Positions 1-8,995 of a DNA stretch of 64,000 nt are shown piece by piece. A model generated the notes under the pieces. It saw nothing but the letters and a program-made list of their open reading frames with translations. It did no database searches and was not told where the DNA came from. The stretch is from the IMG/VR virus record IMGVR_UViG_3300032397_000003, positions 91,574-155,573 of that record. The stretch is one strand, 5' to 3'. The position numbers and the translations under genes are program-made. Within the stretch, counting starts at the first letter, position 1. The number at the start of each line of letters is the position of its first letter. This DNA is from a virus.

Positions 1-142
1 CATAGTAACTGTTAATTTCGGTGGTAAAATAGTAACCTTAGATGAAAATGCTATAGAGTCTATTCTTGAGTATAAACCTAATAATAACTTTGATCTAGAT
101 GATTTAAAAGGATTATTTGGAATGAAATAATAAGGAGGAAGA

Positions 143-466
143 ATGAATAAAAAATATTTAATAGTAATACTATCTTTAATTATGTTTTCAATAATTCTTG
201 GTTTATGTATAGCGTTTTATACGCACGATAAAATAAATAAATTTGAAGCAAAACTTAAAGAAACTTATTCTGAAGTAGTATATATTAAAAATAGTCAATT
301 TATAGTCTCAGATAAAAAAGGAGATATTCATTTAATAAATATGTCAGGTAAAACTCAAATCTTACTTTCTCTACAGGACATCGAAAGTGGATTAAATAGA
401 GATTTCACTCTAAAGGATATTAGTAAACCAGATTTAAAATTAAAGCATAATTTTACTAATAAATAA
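143..466 (+). CDS. hypothetical membrane-anchored protein
   Basis: ORF with AGGAGG RBS; N-terminal hydrophobic helix (YLIVILSLIMFSIILGLCIAFY). Confidence 0.6.
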   Translation: MNKKYLIVILSLIMFSIILGLCIAFYTHDKINKFEAKLKETYSEVVYIKNSQFIVSDKKGDIHLINMSGKTQILLSLQDIESGLNRDFTLKDISKPDLKLKHNFTNK

Positions 467-480
467 TAAAGAGGGTAAAG

Positions 481-1287
481 ATGAAAAAATGGTTATGGAT
501 TTTTAGTGGATTACTGTTATGCTATACTGTATTATGTATTAGTCTTGCTAATAAGGGATTTGGAGCAGAATATGAAGAAAGTGTAACTAAATATAAAGAT
601 AACTATTTTTTGTTTGGTGATAAAGAAGCTCAAACAAAAGTACAGGTTTCGGTAAAATATAATATTCTTTATCCTTCTGAAACAGGATTTAATTTAGGAT
701 ATACCCAAACAAGTAACTGGATTGTTTATAGTGGAAGAGATACCTTTTATACAATGTATCAACCGGAAGCATTTTTTAATTTTGAATCAGGTAAAAATAT
801 ATTTAAAGATTATATTATTCCTTATGTGGATTATATTCAAGTATCTCCTATATGTCATAATAGTACTGGAGTAGAAGGGGATAATCATAGAAGTATAAAT
901 ATATATTATGCACAAGTACAAGCATCGATTGGTGATGTATATAACTTTGGATTAAATCTAAAAGGTTTTGGTTATTATACAATAGCAGATAAAAATAAAG
1001 ATATAAGAGACTACAAAGGATACTACGAGGCAAAGTTATTTTTTAAGTTAAAAAGTAAAACAGTTGAATACTTAGATAAAGAAGAATTAGCATTTTCATT
1101 TGGTGGTTATGATAAATCGGATTATGATCATACAAGAAAAGGTTGGTTTTGTATAGAGGCTAGATTTAGAATCATAACAACGTATGTACAACCAAAACTA
1201 TTTTGCCAATTTTATCGGGGGTATAATGAGTTCATGGTCCAGTACAACAAAAAAACAAACTCTGTTCGTGTAGGTTTAGTATTTTAA
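481..1287 (+). CDS. pldA: outer-membrane phospholipase A1 (OMPLA/PldA family)
   Basis: Signal peptide; OMPLA-like motifs YKDNYF, KVQVSVKY, GYTQTSNW, YQPE, catalytic HNSTG (cf. HxSNG) followed by RSIN (cf. RSWN), DIRDYKGY, YRGYNE..QYN; C-terminal Phe (VRVGLVF) typical of beta-barrels. Confidence 0.85.
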   Translation: MKKWLWIFSGLLLCYTVLCISLANKGFGAEYEESVTKYKDNYFLFGDKEAQTKVQVSVKYNILYPSETGFNLGYTQTSNWIVYSGRDTFYTMYQPEAFFNFESGKNIFKDYIIPYVDYIQVSPICHNSTGVEGDNHRSINIYYAQVQASIGDVYNFGLNLKGFGYYTIADKNKDIRDYKGYYEAKLFFKLKSKTVEYLDKEELAFSFGGYDKSDYDHTRKGWFCIEARFRIITTYVQPKLFCQFYRGYNEFMVQYNKKTNSVRVGLVF

Positions 1288-1300
1288 AGAGGTAGATTAA

Positions 1301-1717
1301 ATGGTAGTTAAAGAAAAGAAAACAATACTCAATCTAGGCTATGCACAATTATGGACAGCAGCTACGGTGATAGCGGGATTACTTGGTACTCTTTATGCAG
1401 CTGGAATAAAAACAGAAACAGAAATTAAGAAATTTGAGTTGATGAAACAAGCTCAGAAGTATGAAGATCAAATAGCTGAAATAAAAACAATTTCAAGAGA
1501 ATTTGAAGCAGATGCAATTTTCTTTAAAAGCCAATATATAAAAACTCATGCAAGATTGAGTGTATGTATGAAAGAGGACATTTCAAAATATCCATTAGAA
1601 AAATTAACTTCTCCATTTTTAGCTAAAGTAAAAACCTCTTCCACAGAAGAAACCTCGGTTAAGTTTAACGAGAAAGAAATTATTCCTGTCCTGAAGTTAC
1701 AGAGGAAAAAGAAATAA
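1301..1717 (+). CDS. single-TM coiled-coil membrane protein (spanin-like topology possible)
   Basis: N-terminal TM helix followed by a helical charged region with one Cys; directly downstream of the OMPLA gene. Confidence 0.45.
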   Translation: MVVKEKKTILNLGYAQLWTAATVIAGLLGTLYAAGIKTETEIKKFELMKQAQKYEDQIAEIKTISREFEADAIFFKSQYIKTHARLSVCMKEDISKYPLEKLTSPFLAKVKTSSTEETSVKFNEKEIIPVLKLQRKKK

Positions 1718-1751
1718 CCTACTAATTATCTAAAATAGTTGGGGGTTATAT

Positions 1752-2246
1752 ATGAGTAGGATATTTATAGGAGTGGATAATGGGGTCTCAGGAAGTGTGG
1801 GAATTATCTCCGATGAAGAGGTATTATTTTTTCTAACCCCAGTTAAACTTTGTACCAACTATCAAAAGAAAGCAAAGCAGTTAAATAGAATAGATTTTCC
1901 CGCTTTAATAGAAATATTTAAAAATTATCAAGAATTAGATGTAAAGGCTATACTGGAAAGACCGATGGTCAATCCCACAAGATTTGAAGCTACAGCATCA
2001 GCACTTAGAGCATTTGAAGCTACTCTTATTGTATTAGAAGAATTAAATATTTCTCATGAATTTGTAGATAGTAAACAATGGCAAAAAGAAATGCTTCCAA
2101 GTGGATTGAAAGGATCAGAGCAACAAAAGAAAGCTTCTATGGATGTTGCTTGTAGAATGTTTCCTCAATTCAAAGAAGATATTATTAAACATAAAGATGG
2201 GGATGGTCTTCTTATTGCTGAATGGGCTAGAAGGAATAATCTATGA
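1752..2246 (+). CDS. ruvC: RuvC-like Holliday junction resolvase
   Basis: IGVDNGVSGSVG, ILERP, KQWQK and DGLLIA motifs of phage RuvC-like resolvases. Confidence 0.8.
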   Translation: MSRIFIGVDNGVSGSVGIISDEEVLFFLTPVKLCTNYQKKAKQLNRIDFPALIEIFKNYQELDVKAILERPMVNPTRFEATASALRAFEATLIVLEELNISHEFVDSKQWQKEMLPSGLKGSEQQKKASMDVACRMFPQFKEDIIKHKDGDGLLIAEWARRNNL

Positions 2247-2446
2247 GTCACCTTTACGAAACAAGCACTAAAGAAAAATTAGAATTATTTTGTGAGATAA
2301 GAAATATTATACGCGATTGTATTGGTGATTGTGGAAATAACAATTTAATTGTTTTTAAAATAATGATGTTATTAGATGAAAAGACACTAGAGAAAGATAT
2401 CAGATTAAGAAGAGCTTTAGACCAAATTAACCACTCTAGTAATTAA
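2243..2446 (+). CDS. hypothetical protein
   Basis: ATGA-coupled ORF in the operon. Confidence 0.55.
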   Translation: MSHLYETSTKEKLELFCEIRNIIRDCIGDCGNNNLIVFKIMMLLDEKTLEKDIRLRRALDQINHSSN

Positions 2447-2456
2447 AGGGGAAAGT

Positions 2457-2714
2457 ATGTTCCAGTATAAAGTAGATGTATCAAAAGGAGAATCTGAAAT
2501 AGTACAGTTACATGCATTCACTCTTGGATATTTCTGGGAGTTTGATCAATGTAAACAAAATGATAGAAACTTCCCTTGTCATTTACATTCCCACTATTTA
2601 TACTTTAACAAGAATGGTGAAATCTGGTTTTCAGATGATTTACGTTACTTCAGAAATGAAAGAGAACATATGCTTATAACCCCCAGTGATTTTTTGCAAT
2701 TAAATAAAAAATAA
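2457..2714 (+). CDS. hypothetical protein
   Basis: ORF with AGGGG RBS. Confidence 0.55.
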   Translation: MFQYKVDVSKGESEIVQLHAFTLGYFWEFDQCKQNDRNFPCHLHSHYLYFNKNGEIWFSDDLRYFRNEREHMLITPSDFLQLNKK

Positions 2715-2716
2715 TT

Positions 2717-2745
2717 TTTAATTCTTTTTAAAAATTCTATATATT
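2717..2745 (+). promoter_or_regulatory. class II promoter TTTAAT-N12-TTCTA-TATATT (copy 1)
   Basis: Same motif with exact 17-nt spacing also starts at 3480, 5107, 24089 (TTTAAC), 41615, 52160, 56715 and 60082, always upstream of plus-strand genes. Confidence 0.75.
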
Positions 2746-2783
2746 ATAAGTAGAAAAGAAAAATTTAAATAAGGATTAAAATA

Positions 2784-3413
2784 ATGAGAAAATTTCTAAT
2801 ACTATGGTTTATAATTCTACTGGTTGTAAAGTGTTCAAATGAAAAATCAATAACAATAGATCCTCTTATAAATGCTTATAAAGTAGATAATGTTAAACTA
2901 GATAAAAGTATTATTAAAGATAGTTTAAATCATTTTTTACATAAGTATAATAGAAAATGGAGTCAAGAGAATAAACAGAAATGTATAGATGCTTTATACT
3001 ATGGACAACAAGAATTTGATATAGATTACAAGATAGTAATGTCTTTAATTTCTATCGAGAGTCAATATAGAATAGTAGTTACAGGAAAGAATATAAGAAG
3101 AGGAAAAGTCAAATCTATCGATTATGGGCTAACTCAACAGAACTCTAAATATATAAAACAGAGATATAAATCAACAGAGGAGTATCTCAATAAGTATAAA
3201 ATAAAATATACTAATTCAAACTTTGATATTGGAAAGAATATCTTCTCCTGTTATATGTTATTAAGAGATACAAATGAATATGGTTCTTTGATTATGTTTA
3301 GAGACTATATAGCAAGTTATAATGTTGGTATAAGAGGTGTTAGACAAGAACATACTCAGAAAATAGCTGATAAATATTTTAATAAATTTATGAAGGAGCT
3401 TTTAAGCATATGA
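2784..3413 (+). CDS. membrane-anchored lytic transglycosylase (SLT family)
   Basis: SLISIESQY (catalytic Glu), DYGLTQQN, IASYNVG motifs; N-terminal hydrophobic anchor. Confidence 0.8.
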   Translation: MRKFLILWFIILLVVKCSNEKSITIDPLINAYKVDNVKLDKSIIKDSLNHFLHKYNRKWSQENKQKCIDALYYGQQEFDIDYKIVMSLISIESQYRIVVTGKNIRRGKVKSIDYGLTQQNSKYIKQRYKSTEEYLNKYKIKYTNSNFDIGKNIFSCYMLLRDTNEYGSLIMFRDYIASYNVGIRGVRQEHTQKIADKYFNKFMKELLSI

Positions 3414-3479
3414 TAACACTACTTGTTATAATCGCATTGATTACTACCCTACTTATAATTCACAATTGCAAAAACGATT

Positions 3480-3508
3480 TTTAATTCTGATAGATATTTC
3501 TATATATT
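3480..3508 (+). promoter_or_regulatory. class II promoter
   Basis: TTTAAT-N17-TATATT with TTCTA before the -10, upstream of dnaX. Confidence 0.7.
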
Positions 3509-3528
3509 ACAAAAAAGGAGAATAATAA

Positions 3529-4707
3529 ATGAGTAATGATAATACCCTACTTTACAATAAGTATAGACCGAATAAACTTTCAGACGTAGTTGGACATAGT
3601 GCTACTGTAAAAGATTTACAGAAAAGATCAAAAGAAGGTAATCTTCCTAGAGTAATATTTTTATCAGGTATTACTGGAACAGGTAAAACAACTCTACAAA
3701 GAATTATTGCTAAAAATATTCTTTGTCTTAATAAAGATAAAGAAGGGAATAGCTGTAATGTATGTGAGATTTGTTCTTCTATTATAGAGGAGAAGATAAC
3801 AAATTATTATTTTGAGATTAACTGCTCTAATGTTAACATAGATGAGTCAAGACAGATAGCTGAGAATGCATCAGTTAAATCTTTTTCAAATGCTAAAGCA
3901 AAAGTATTCGTTCTCGATGAAGCACAGGAACTTAAAAAATCACAAGCTGCTATGAACAATCTTTTAAAACCAATAGAGAAAGATTATAAAAATGTTTATT
4001 TTATATTTGGTGCCATGGACGATAAATCTGTACCAAAGGCAATCGTTGGTAGGTGTACAACTTATAAACTCAAACCACATAATATGGAAGACATTGCTAC
4101 AAAACTCGCTGATATTTGTCAGAAGGAATCCGTTATATTAGATACAGAAGAAAAAGCTAATGTACTTCTTACTATATCTGAGAATAGTGGTGGAAGTTTA
4201 AGACAAGCAATTAGTTATTTAGAGAGGGTTATATATTCAGAACTATGGACAACTAAACAAGCAATAGAAGAACTTGGTATAGTATCTTCCAGCGAGCTTA
4301 ATCTAAAGATCAATGCTCTGTTTAAAGGTAAGCCAGAAGCATTTGATATTACGTATAATGAAGAACTCCTCACTTCAATAAGATATATGTTTAGTACTAT
4401 GTACAAGAAGTTATCTGGTATAGAAGTAGAAGAATGGCAAGTTAAAAAACTTATGGGAATAGACAAAACCATTACACTAGAACAAGTTGAATATGCTCTT
4501 GGCAAGATTTTTGAATTAAATAAGTTCCCCTATGTTAATCAAGAAATGATCGATTTCATTTTAGTTGATATTTTTAATTATAATAAGAGATATATAAATC
4601 AATTGGTTGAGATGAAAATAGATTCTTATAGAACTCAATCAACTACTCTAAACAAATCAACAGAGTCTAAACAAGCTGAACCAGTTAGAAGAAGGGGGCA
4701 AGCATAG
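3529..4707 (+). CDS. dnaX: DNA polymerase III gamma/tau-like clamp loader subunit
   Basis: LYNKYRP, Walker A GITGTGKTT, Zn module C..CNVCEIC, Walker B VLDEAQ, GRC (SRC), GSLRQA. Confidence 0.9.
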   Translation: MSNDNTLLYNKYRPNKLSDVVGHSATVKDLQKRSKEGNLPRVIFLSGITGTGKTTLQRIIAKNILCLNKDKEGNSCNVCEICSSIIEEKITNYYFEINCSNVNIDESRQIAENASVKSFSNAKAKVFVLDEAQELKKSQAAMNNLLKPIEKDYKNVYFIFGAMDDKSVPKAIVGRCTTYKLKPHNMEDIATKLADICQKESVILDTEEKANVLLTISENSGGSLRQAISYLERVIYSELWTTKQAIEELGIVSSSELNLKINALFKGKPEAFDITYNEELLTSIRYMFSTMYKKLSGIEVEEWQVKKLMGIDKTITLEQVEYALGKIFELNKFPYVNQEMIDFILVDIFNYNKRYINQLVEMKIDSYRTQSTTLNKSTESKQAEPVRRRGQA

Positions 4708-4710
4708 TTT

Positions 4711-5106
4711 ATGCCTACTAAAATTATTTTATGTGCCGATTGTGGATGTGAAGTAATAGTTACATATAAAGATGGTAGAACAAAAAGATGTAAAGAGCAC
4801 CAAAAGATTCGTGCTAAGAAATTACAAGAAGAGTGGCAAGATAAACATGGACATGAATATATAGGTCATATACCTATACCAGTTCAAGAGGGTAGAAAGA
4901 GGACTTATTTAAGAAGAGCAGTTGATTCAGTACAAGATATCGAATATTGTAAAGCTAATTGGAATTCTGTTAAGGGATGTTTGAATTGCATAATAAAAGA
5001 TTGTTTACAACCAACAGACAATGATTCATTTTTACCTTGGGAGGATGAAGGATTTTATGAAGATGATATTAAAATAGACATTGAATTAAAAAGGAGTATA
5101 GGATAA
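4711..5106 (+). CDS. hypothetical Zn-binding protein
   Basis: CADC, RCKEH and CLNC motifs. Confidence 0.55.
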   Translation: MPTKIILCADCGCEVIVTYKDGRTKRCKEHQKIRAKKLQEEWQDKHGHEYIGHIPIPVQEGRKRTYLRRAVDSVQDIEYCKANWNSVKGCLNCIIKDCLQPTDNDSFLPWEDEGFYEDDIKIDIELKRSIG

Positions 5107-5135
5107 TTTAATTTTTAGATTATTTTCTATATATT
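5107..5135 (+). promoter_or_regulatory. class II promoter
   Basis: TTTAAT-N17-TATATT. Confidence 0.7.
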
Positions 5136-5153
5136 ATAGATAAGAGGTAATAA

Positions 5154-5393
5154 ATGTATACAGTAGATATTGAGAATTGTAGATTTTTAGAATTCAGGAA
5201 TGAAGACAGTTCTTATGTTCAATCGTTCTATTTGTCTGATGTTAGTGCTTTATTCATTTATAATCAAAAAGTTAAAGAAGATACATTCTCTTTCGATCTA
5301 ATTATAAGAGGGGTCTCTTATTCTATATCAGATATTACCTCTAGTAAAGAACAAGCGAAAGAAATTTTAAGTACTTGGAAGTTAAGCAGGTGA
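5154..5393 (+). CDS. hypothetical protein
   Basis: ORF with GAGG RBS after the promoter. Confidence 0.55.
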   Translation: MYTVDIENCRFLEFRNEDSSYVQSFYLSDVSALFIYNQKVKEDTFSFDLIIRGVSYSISDITSSKEQAKEILSTWKLSR

Positions 5394-5632
5394 AAGATGT
5401 ATATTACAACTTTATAAATGAACATAACTTTAATGATAATTTAAGTGATATACCCGAGTTAAGCTATTCACAAAAGATTATCATATTAAAAGAATTACAA
5501 ATAGATTTTTCTAATGATACTGTATGTTTAGCACTAAATGATTATCATCAAAGATACATTAAAAAGAATAGAGTAAGAATCAAGTTGCTCTATAATACAT
5601 TAAAGGGGATTTGTCAAAGGTTGTTAAAATGA
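5375..5632 (+). CDS. hypothetical protein (start possibly GTG 5390)
   Basis: Coupled ORF in the operon. Confidence 0.45.
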   Translation: MEVKQVKDVYYNFINEHNFNDNLSDIPELSYSQKIIILKELQIDFSNDTVCLALNDYHQRYIKKNRVRIKLLYNTLKGICQRLLK

Positions 5633-6174
5633 ATTTTTATTCATCCGATCAACATTTTGGTCATGGAAACATAATTAAATATGAGAATCGTCCATTTAAA
5701 TCGGTGGAAGAAATGGATGAATATATGATCTATAAACATAATTTAAAAGTATCTCCAAAGGATAATGTCTATTTTTTAGGGGACTGTATTTTCAGTAACG
5801 ATGAAAATAAAACTGTAAAACTATTACAAAGACTTAATGGTAACAAACATTTAATATACGGGAATCATGATAAAATAGTTAGAACAAGTCAGCTCGTGCA
5901 ACAACAATTTAATTTTTGTAAAAACTATTATGTTAACTATGAAAATATAAATGGAAACAAAACACCAATTATTCTTTTTCATTATCCAATTCAAGTATGG
6001 GATAGAAAACATCATGGTAGTATTCATCTATATGGACATATTCATTCTAATAAAGATAATCACCATCCAATGGTCAATGATTTAGTTAATGCTTATAATG
6101 TTGGAGTGGATGTAAGAAACTTTGAACCTGTTACTATTGAGGAGATATTAAAAAATGCTAGAACGATTAAGTAA
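5629..6174 (+). CDS. calcineurin-like metallophosphoesterase
   Basis: SDQHFGH, LGD, GNHD, HYP and GHIH motifs; ATG 5629 is the likelier start. Confidence 0.88.
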   Translation: MNFYSSDQHFGHGNIIKYENRPFKSVEEMDEYMIYKHNLKVSPKDNVYFLGDCIFSNDENKTVKLLQRLNGNKHLIYGNHDKIVRTSQLVQQQFNFCKNYYVNYENINGNKTPIILFHYPIQVWDRKHHGSIHLYGHIHSNKDNHHPMVNDLVNAYNVGVDVRNFEPVTIEEILKNARTIK

Positions 6175-6300
6175 ACAAATAGTATGTGATCTTGAAACTG
6201 TAAGAGAACTTGTTGATGATTTTGAGAGTGAAGTCAATAGTCAAAGTGGTATTATAGAAATACTTGATAAACTGATAGATAAGTATAACAGGGGAATAGA

Positions 6301-7233
6301 ATGAGCTTAATTGTCATAGGGGATATTCATTTAAAAAACAAAGAACCATTTCTGTCTGCATCTAAAAAATTTTTAAATTGGTTGTCTGAAAATTATAACG
6401 AAGAGGATATGATATTTTTGGGGGACTGTTTTGATTCCAGTTCGCCTTTATGGGAAGTATATAAAGTGTTCAAAGAATTTCTTATGAATAGAAAAGCACT
6501 TACATATATACTTAATGGTAATCATGACAAATCGAAAAATAGGGGTTGTTCTTTATCAAGTTTTAATTTACTAGATAATGTTACCGTATTTGAAGAAGAA
6601 GAAGAATGTCAGATAGATATTTTAAATTGTATGTTGTTACCTTTTAAATATAACTATAGAGAGTATGCCGAATTAGAAGGAAAGTATGATTATATATTTT
6701 CTCATATAGTTCCTATTAAAGCTCAATTCTCAAGTGAAGGAATAAAGTTTAAAACCTTACATGGCATATTTATACATGGTCATACCCACATATTCAAAGA
6801 AAAAGACTATTTAGATGAGTATGGAAATAAACACATTATTTTAGGAGTCCCAATCAGCACTCGTCATGCAGAGGATCAACACCATCAGATTATAGAAATA
6901 AATTATGATAGAAATAAAACTTTAGAGTATATAGATGTTCCTTTTTACTTCAAACATGAAACAGTATCTTATGGAGAAGTACCAGAGAGTAAAGAGAATA
7001 TTATAAATGTTATAGATGCTCCAAATAAGAAACTTGTATTTGAAAAGTATAAAGAGTATTATATAAGAGAAGCAGGTATTAAACTATTAAGAACAGAAAA
7101 TACTCAAGGAACATTTAAACAAGAGTTTGAAAGTGCTAACATATTACAGAAGTTTCAAAAGTACTCAGCAGATAAAAATTTATCTAAGGAAGTGTCAGAA
7201 GAATGTTCTACAAGATTGTCTCAAATTATATAA
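6301..7233 (+). CDS. Mre11/SbcD-like recombination nuclease (T4 gp47-like)
   Basis: GDIH, LGDCFD, GNHD and GHTH motifs plus a C-terminal capping region. Confidence 0.75.
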   Translation: MSLIVIGDIHLKNKEPFLSASKKFLNWLSENYNEEDMIFLGDCFDSSSPLWEVYKVFKEFLMNRKALTYILNGNHDKSKNRGCSLSSFNLLDNVTVFEEEEECQIDILNCMLLPFKYNYREYAELEGKYDYIFSHIVPIKAQFSSEGIKFKTLHGIFIHGHTHIFKEKDYLDEYGNKHIILGVPISTRHAEDQHHQIIEINYDRNKTLEYIDVPFYFKHETVSYGEVPESKENIINVIDAPNKKLVFEKYKEYYIREAGIKLLRTENTQGTFKQEFESANILQKFQKYSADKNLSKEVSEECSTRLSQII

Positions 7234-7433
7234 AAGAAGAAAAGAGTAATTATGATAGAGTAATCAATAGAAGAAAAGAAAGATTTTTGGAATTAGTTGA
7301 ATTACATGCACCAAAGGAAATAATTATAAAAGAAATAGATTTACTAAGACAACCTTTTAAGTATTATATAGCAAAAAGTATAAAAGATAGGGTATCCATG
7401 ATATTAGGTAAATCACGATCCACTATATTGTAA
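7203..7433 (+). CDS. hypothetical protein
   Basis: Overlapping ORF before the terminator. Confidence 0.4.
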   Translation: MFYKIVSNYIKEEKSNYDRVINRRKERFLELVELHAPKEIIIKEIDLLRQPFKYYIAKSIKDRVSMILGKSRSTIL

Positions 7434-7470
7434 ATGATATCTATCTTTTCATAAACCTCCGTTTATTTTT

Positions 7471-7501
7471 AAGAGTGGTAAGAAATTACCACTCTTTTTT
7501 T
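7471..7501 (+). terminator. intrinsic terminator between convergent operons
   Basis: AAGAGTGGTAA-gaaa-TTACCACTCTT followed by a T run. Confidence 0.85.
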
Positions 7502-7502
7502 G

Positions 7503-8819
7503 TCAGGGTGCTTTGAAATCATTATAGAATATATGCGTTTTATCTACTTGTATTTGAGGTTTGGATATTGTAAGTTGTGAATAAGGAATACCGTCTTTCC
7601 CCATTGTATGAATTGAATCTACTATTAACCATTTACCATCAAACTCTTTTGCTAGTTCATTATCCTTGGTTTGTTTCTGTAGTGATATTTTTACAGTTTT
7701 ACCTGATACAATTAATGGACTGAAATCTACAACTATAACCATTCTATAACACATATGAGTATCTCTATAGAATTGATTTACAAATCCATTATATAGATTA
7801 TCATCGTCTTGAATACCTGCATAAGACACCCTTGTAGTATTTGTTGTATATTGATTTCTAATTAGAAGTTGTGTTTCAGAATCGTACTCTGATAATACAT
7901 TGTGAATATTTTTTGACGCATTACTACTTACACTACTTGGTTTATATCTATATATTTTCCTATTGTAGTTATCAAAGTTTACAGGCATACCACCATGAAA
8001 TACTCTATAATCTTTTATATACTTCTCATCCAGCATCATATCTTTGTTTAGGTCTATTATATATTCTTTTACTTCAGGTTGATCTAACATAGCTTGTATT
8101 GTCATAAAGTAAAATTCACCTTGACAATTAAAGAAGGTATAGAAGCCAGAGCCAGCATTGTTTTGACTGTATGCCCATTCTGCAAGTTTACAAATAAATT
8201 GTTTGTTCGTTATATTGTTTTGATTTAAGTATGGTGTTCCTGCGGTATCAGATATAGAGTGAAGAACTTTATCTGCTGTATCATTATTATATTTTTCTTT
8301 TGGAATACCCCAATCAGGTAATATAACATTTTTTAGTATCTCACTTATAGTTTGTTTTTTAGCTGTTGAATCTTCATGATTAAATGTTCTTGATTTAGGT
8401 ACATCAGATTTAAAATATTTAGATATCATCATAAATAGATTATCACCCGATACTGATTGAGCAATTTTAATATTGTTTATTTCATTAGCTGACCATACAT
8501 AAGTATGTTCTAAATACCCACCAATCTTTTTACCTGTTGCTTTACCATCTTTATCTTTCTGATCTTCTTCTGGGAAACCAAGTTTACAGGTTAAATCCAA
8601 TCCCTCTACAAAGAATACACTATCAATAATCTGTCCACCAGCATCTATAAAATATGTTTCACAATAAGGAAAGAAATCAAATAAAGAATCTTTAAAAAGA
8701 ATCTTATTCCAATTTCTTATAGGTGTACCTGTTTTATCATCTTCCTTCCAATCTTCTTGATGGAAGGATAGACAACTAGGATCAGATAACATTGAGAATT
8801 CATATTTAGATATTGACAT
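7503..8819 (-). CDS. baseplate hub protein (gp27/gpD-like)
   Basis: End of the baseplate operon; FYTFFNCQGEFYF and C-terminal GKWLIVDSIH motifs typical of hub proteins. Confidence 0.6.
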   Translation of the reverse strand: MSISKYEFSMLSDPSCLSFHQEDWKEDDKTGTPIRNWNKILFKDSLFDFFPYCETYFIDAGGQIIDSVFFVEGLDLTCKLGFPEEDQKDKDGKATGKKIGGYLEHTYVWSANEINNIKIAQSVSGDNLFMMISKYFKSDVPKSRTFNHEDSTAKKQTISEILKNVILPDWGIPKEKYNNDTADKVLHSISDTAGTPYLNQNNITNKQFICKLAEWAYSQNNAGSGFYTFFNCQGEFYFMTIQAMLDQPEVKEYIIDLNKDMMLDEKYIKDYRVFHGGMPVNFDNYNRKIYRYKPSSVSSNASKNIHNVLSEYDSETQLLIRNQYTTNTTRVSYAGIQDDDNLYNGFVNQFYRDTHMCYRMVIVVDFSPLIVSGKTVKISLQKQTKDNELAKEFDGKWLIVDSIHTMGKDGIPYSQLTISKPQIQVDKTHIFYNDFKAP

Positions 8820-8995
8820 CTATTATACTCACTTAGTTATACTTCATAGCGGTCTTGTCATCGCAGTTTAAAACGGCTTTGATATCGTTGAATAGATCGG
8901 TCTTTTCAAACTGGTTATATCTCTTGATTATTTGCTTTAGTTTATCGTTCATGCTATTAACCCGGATTATTTATTCTTTCAAATTCGTTTGCCAT

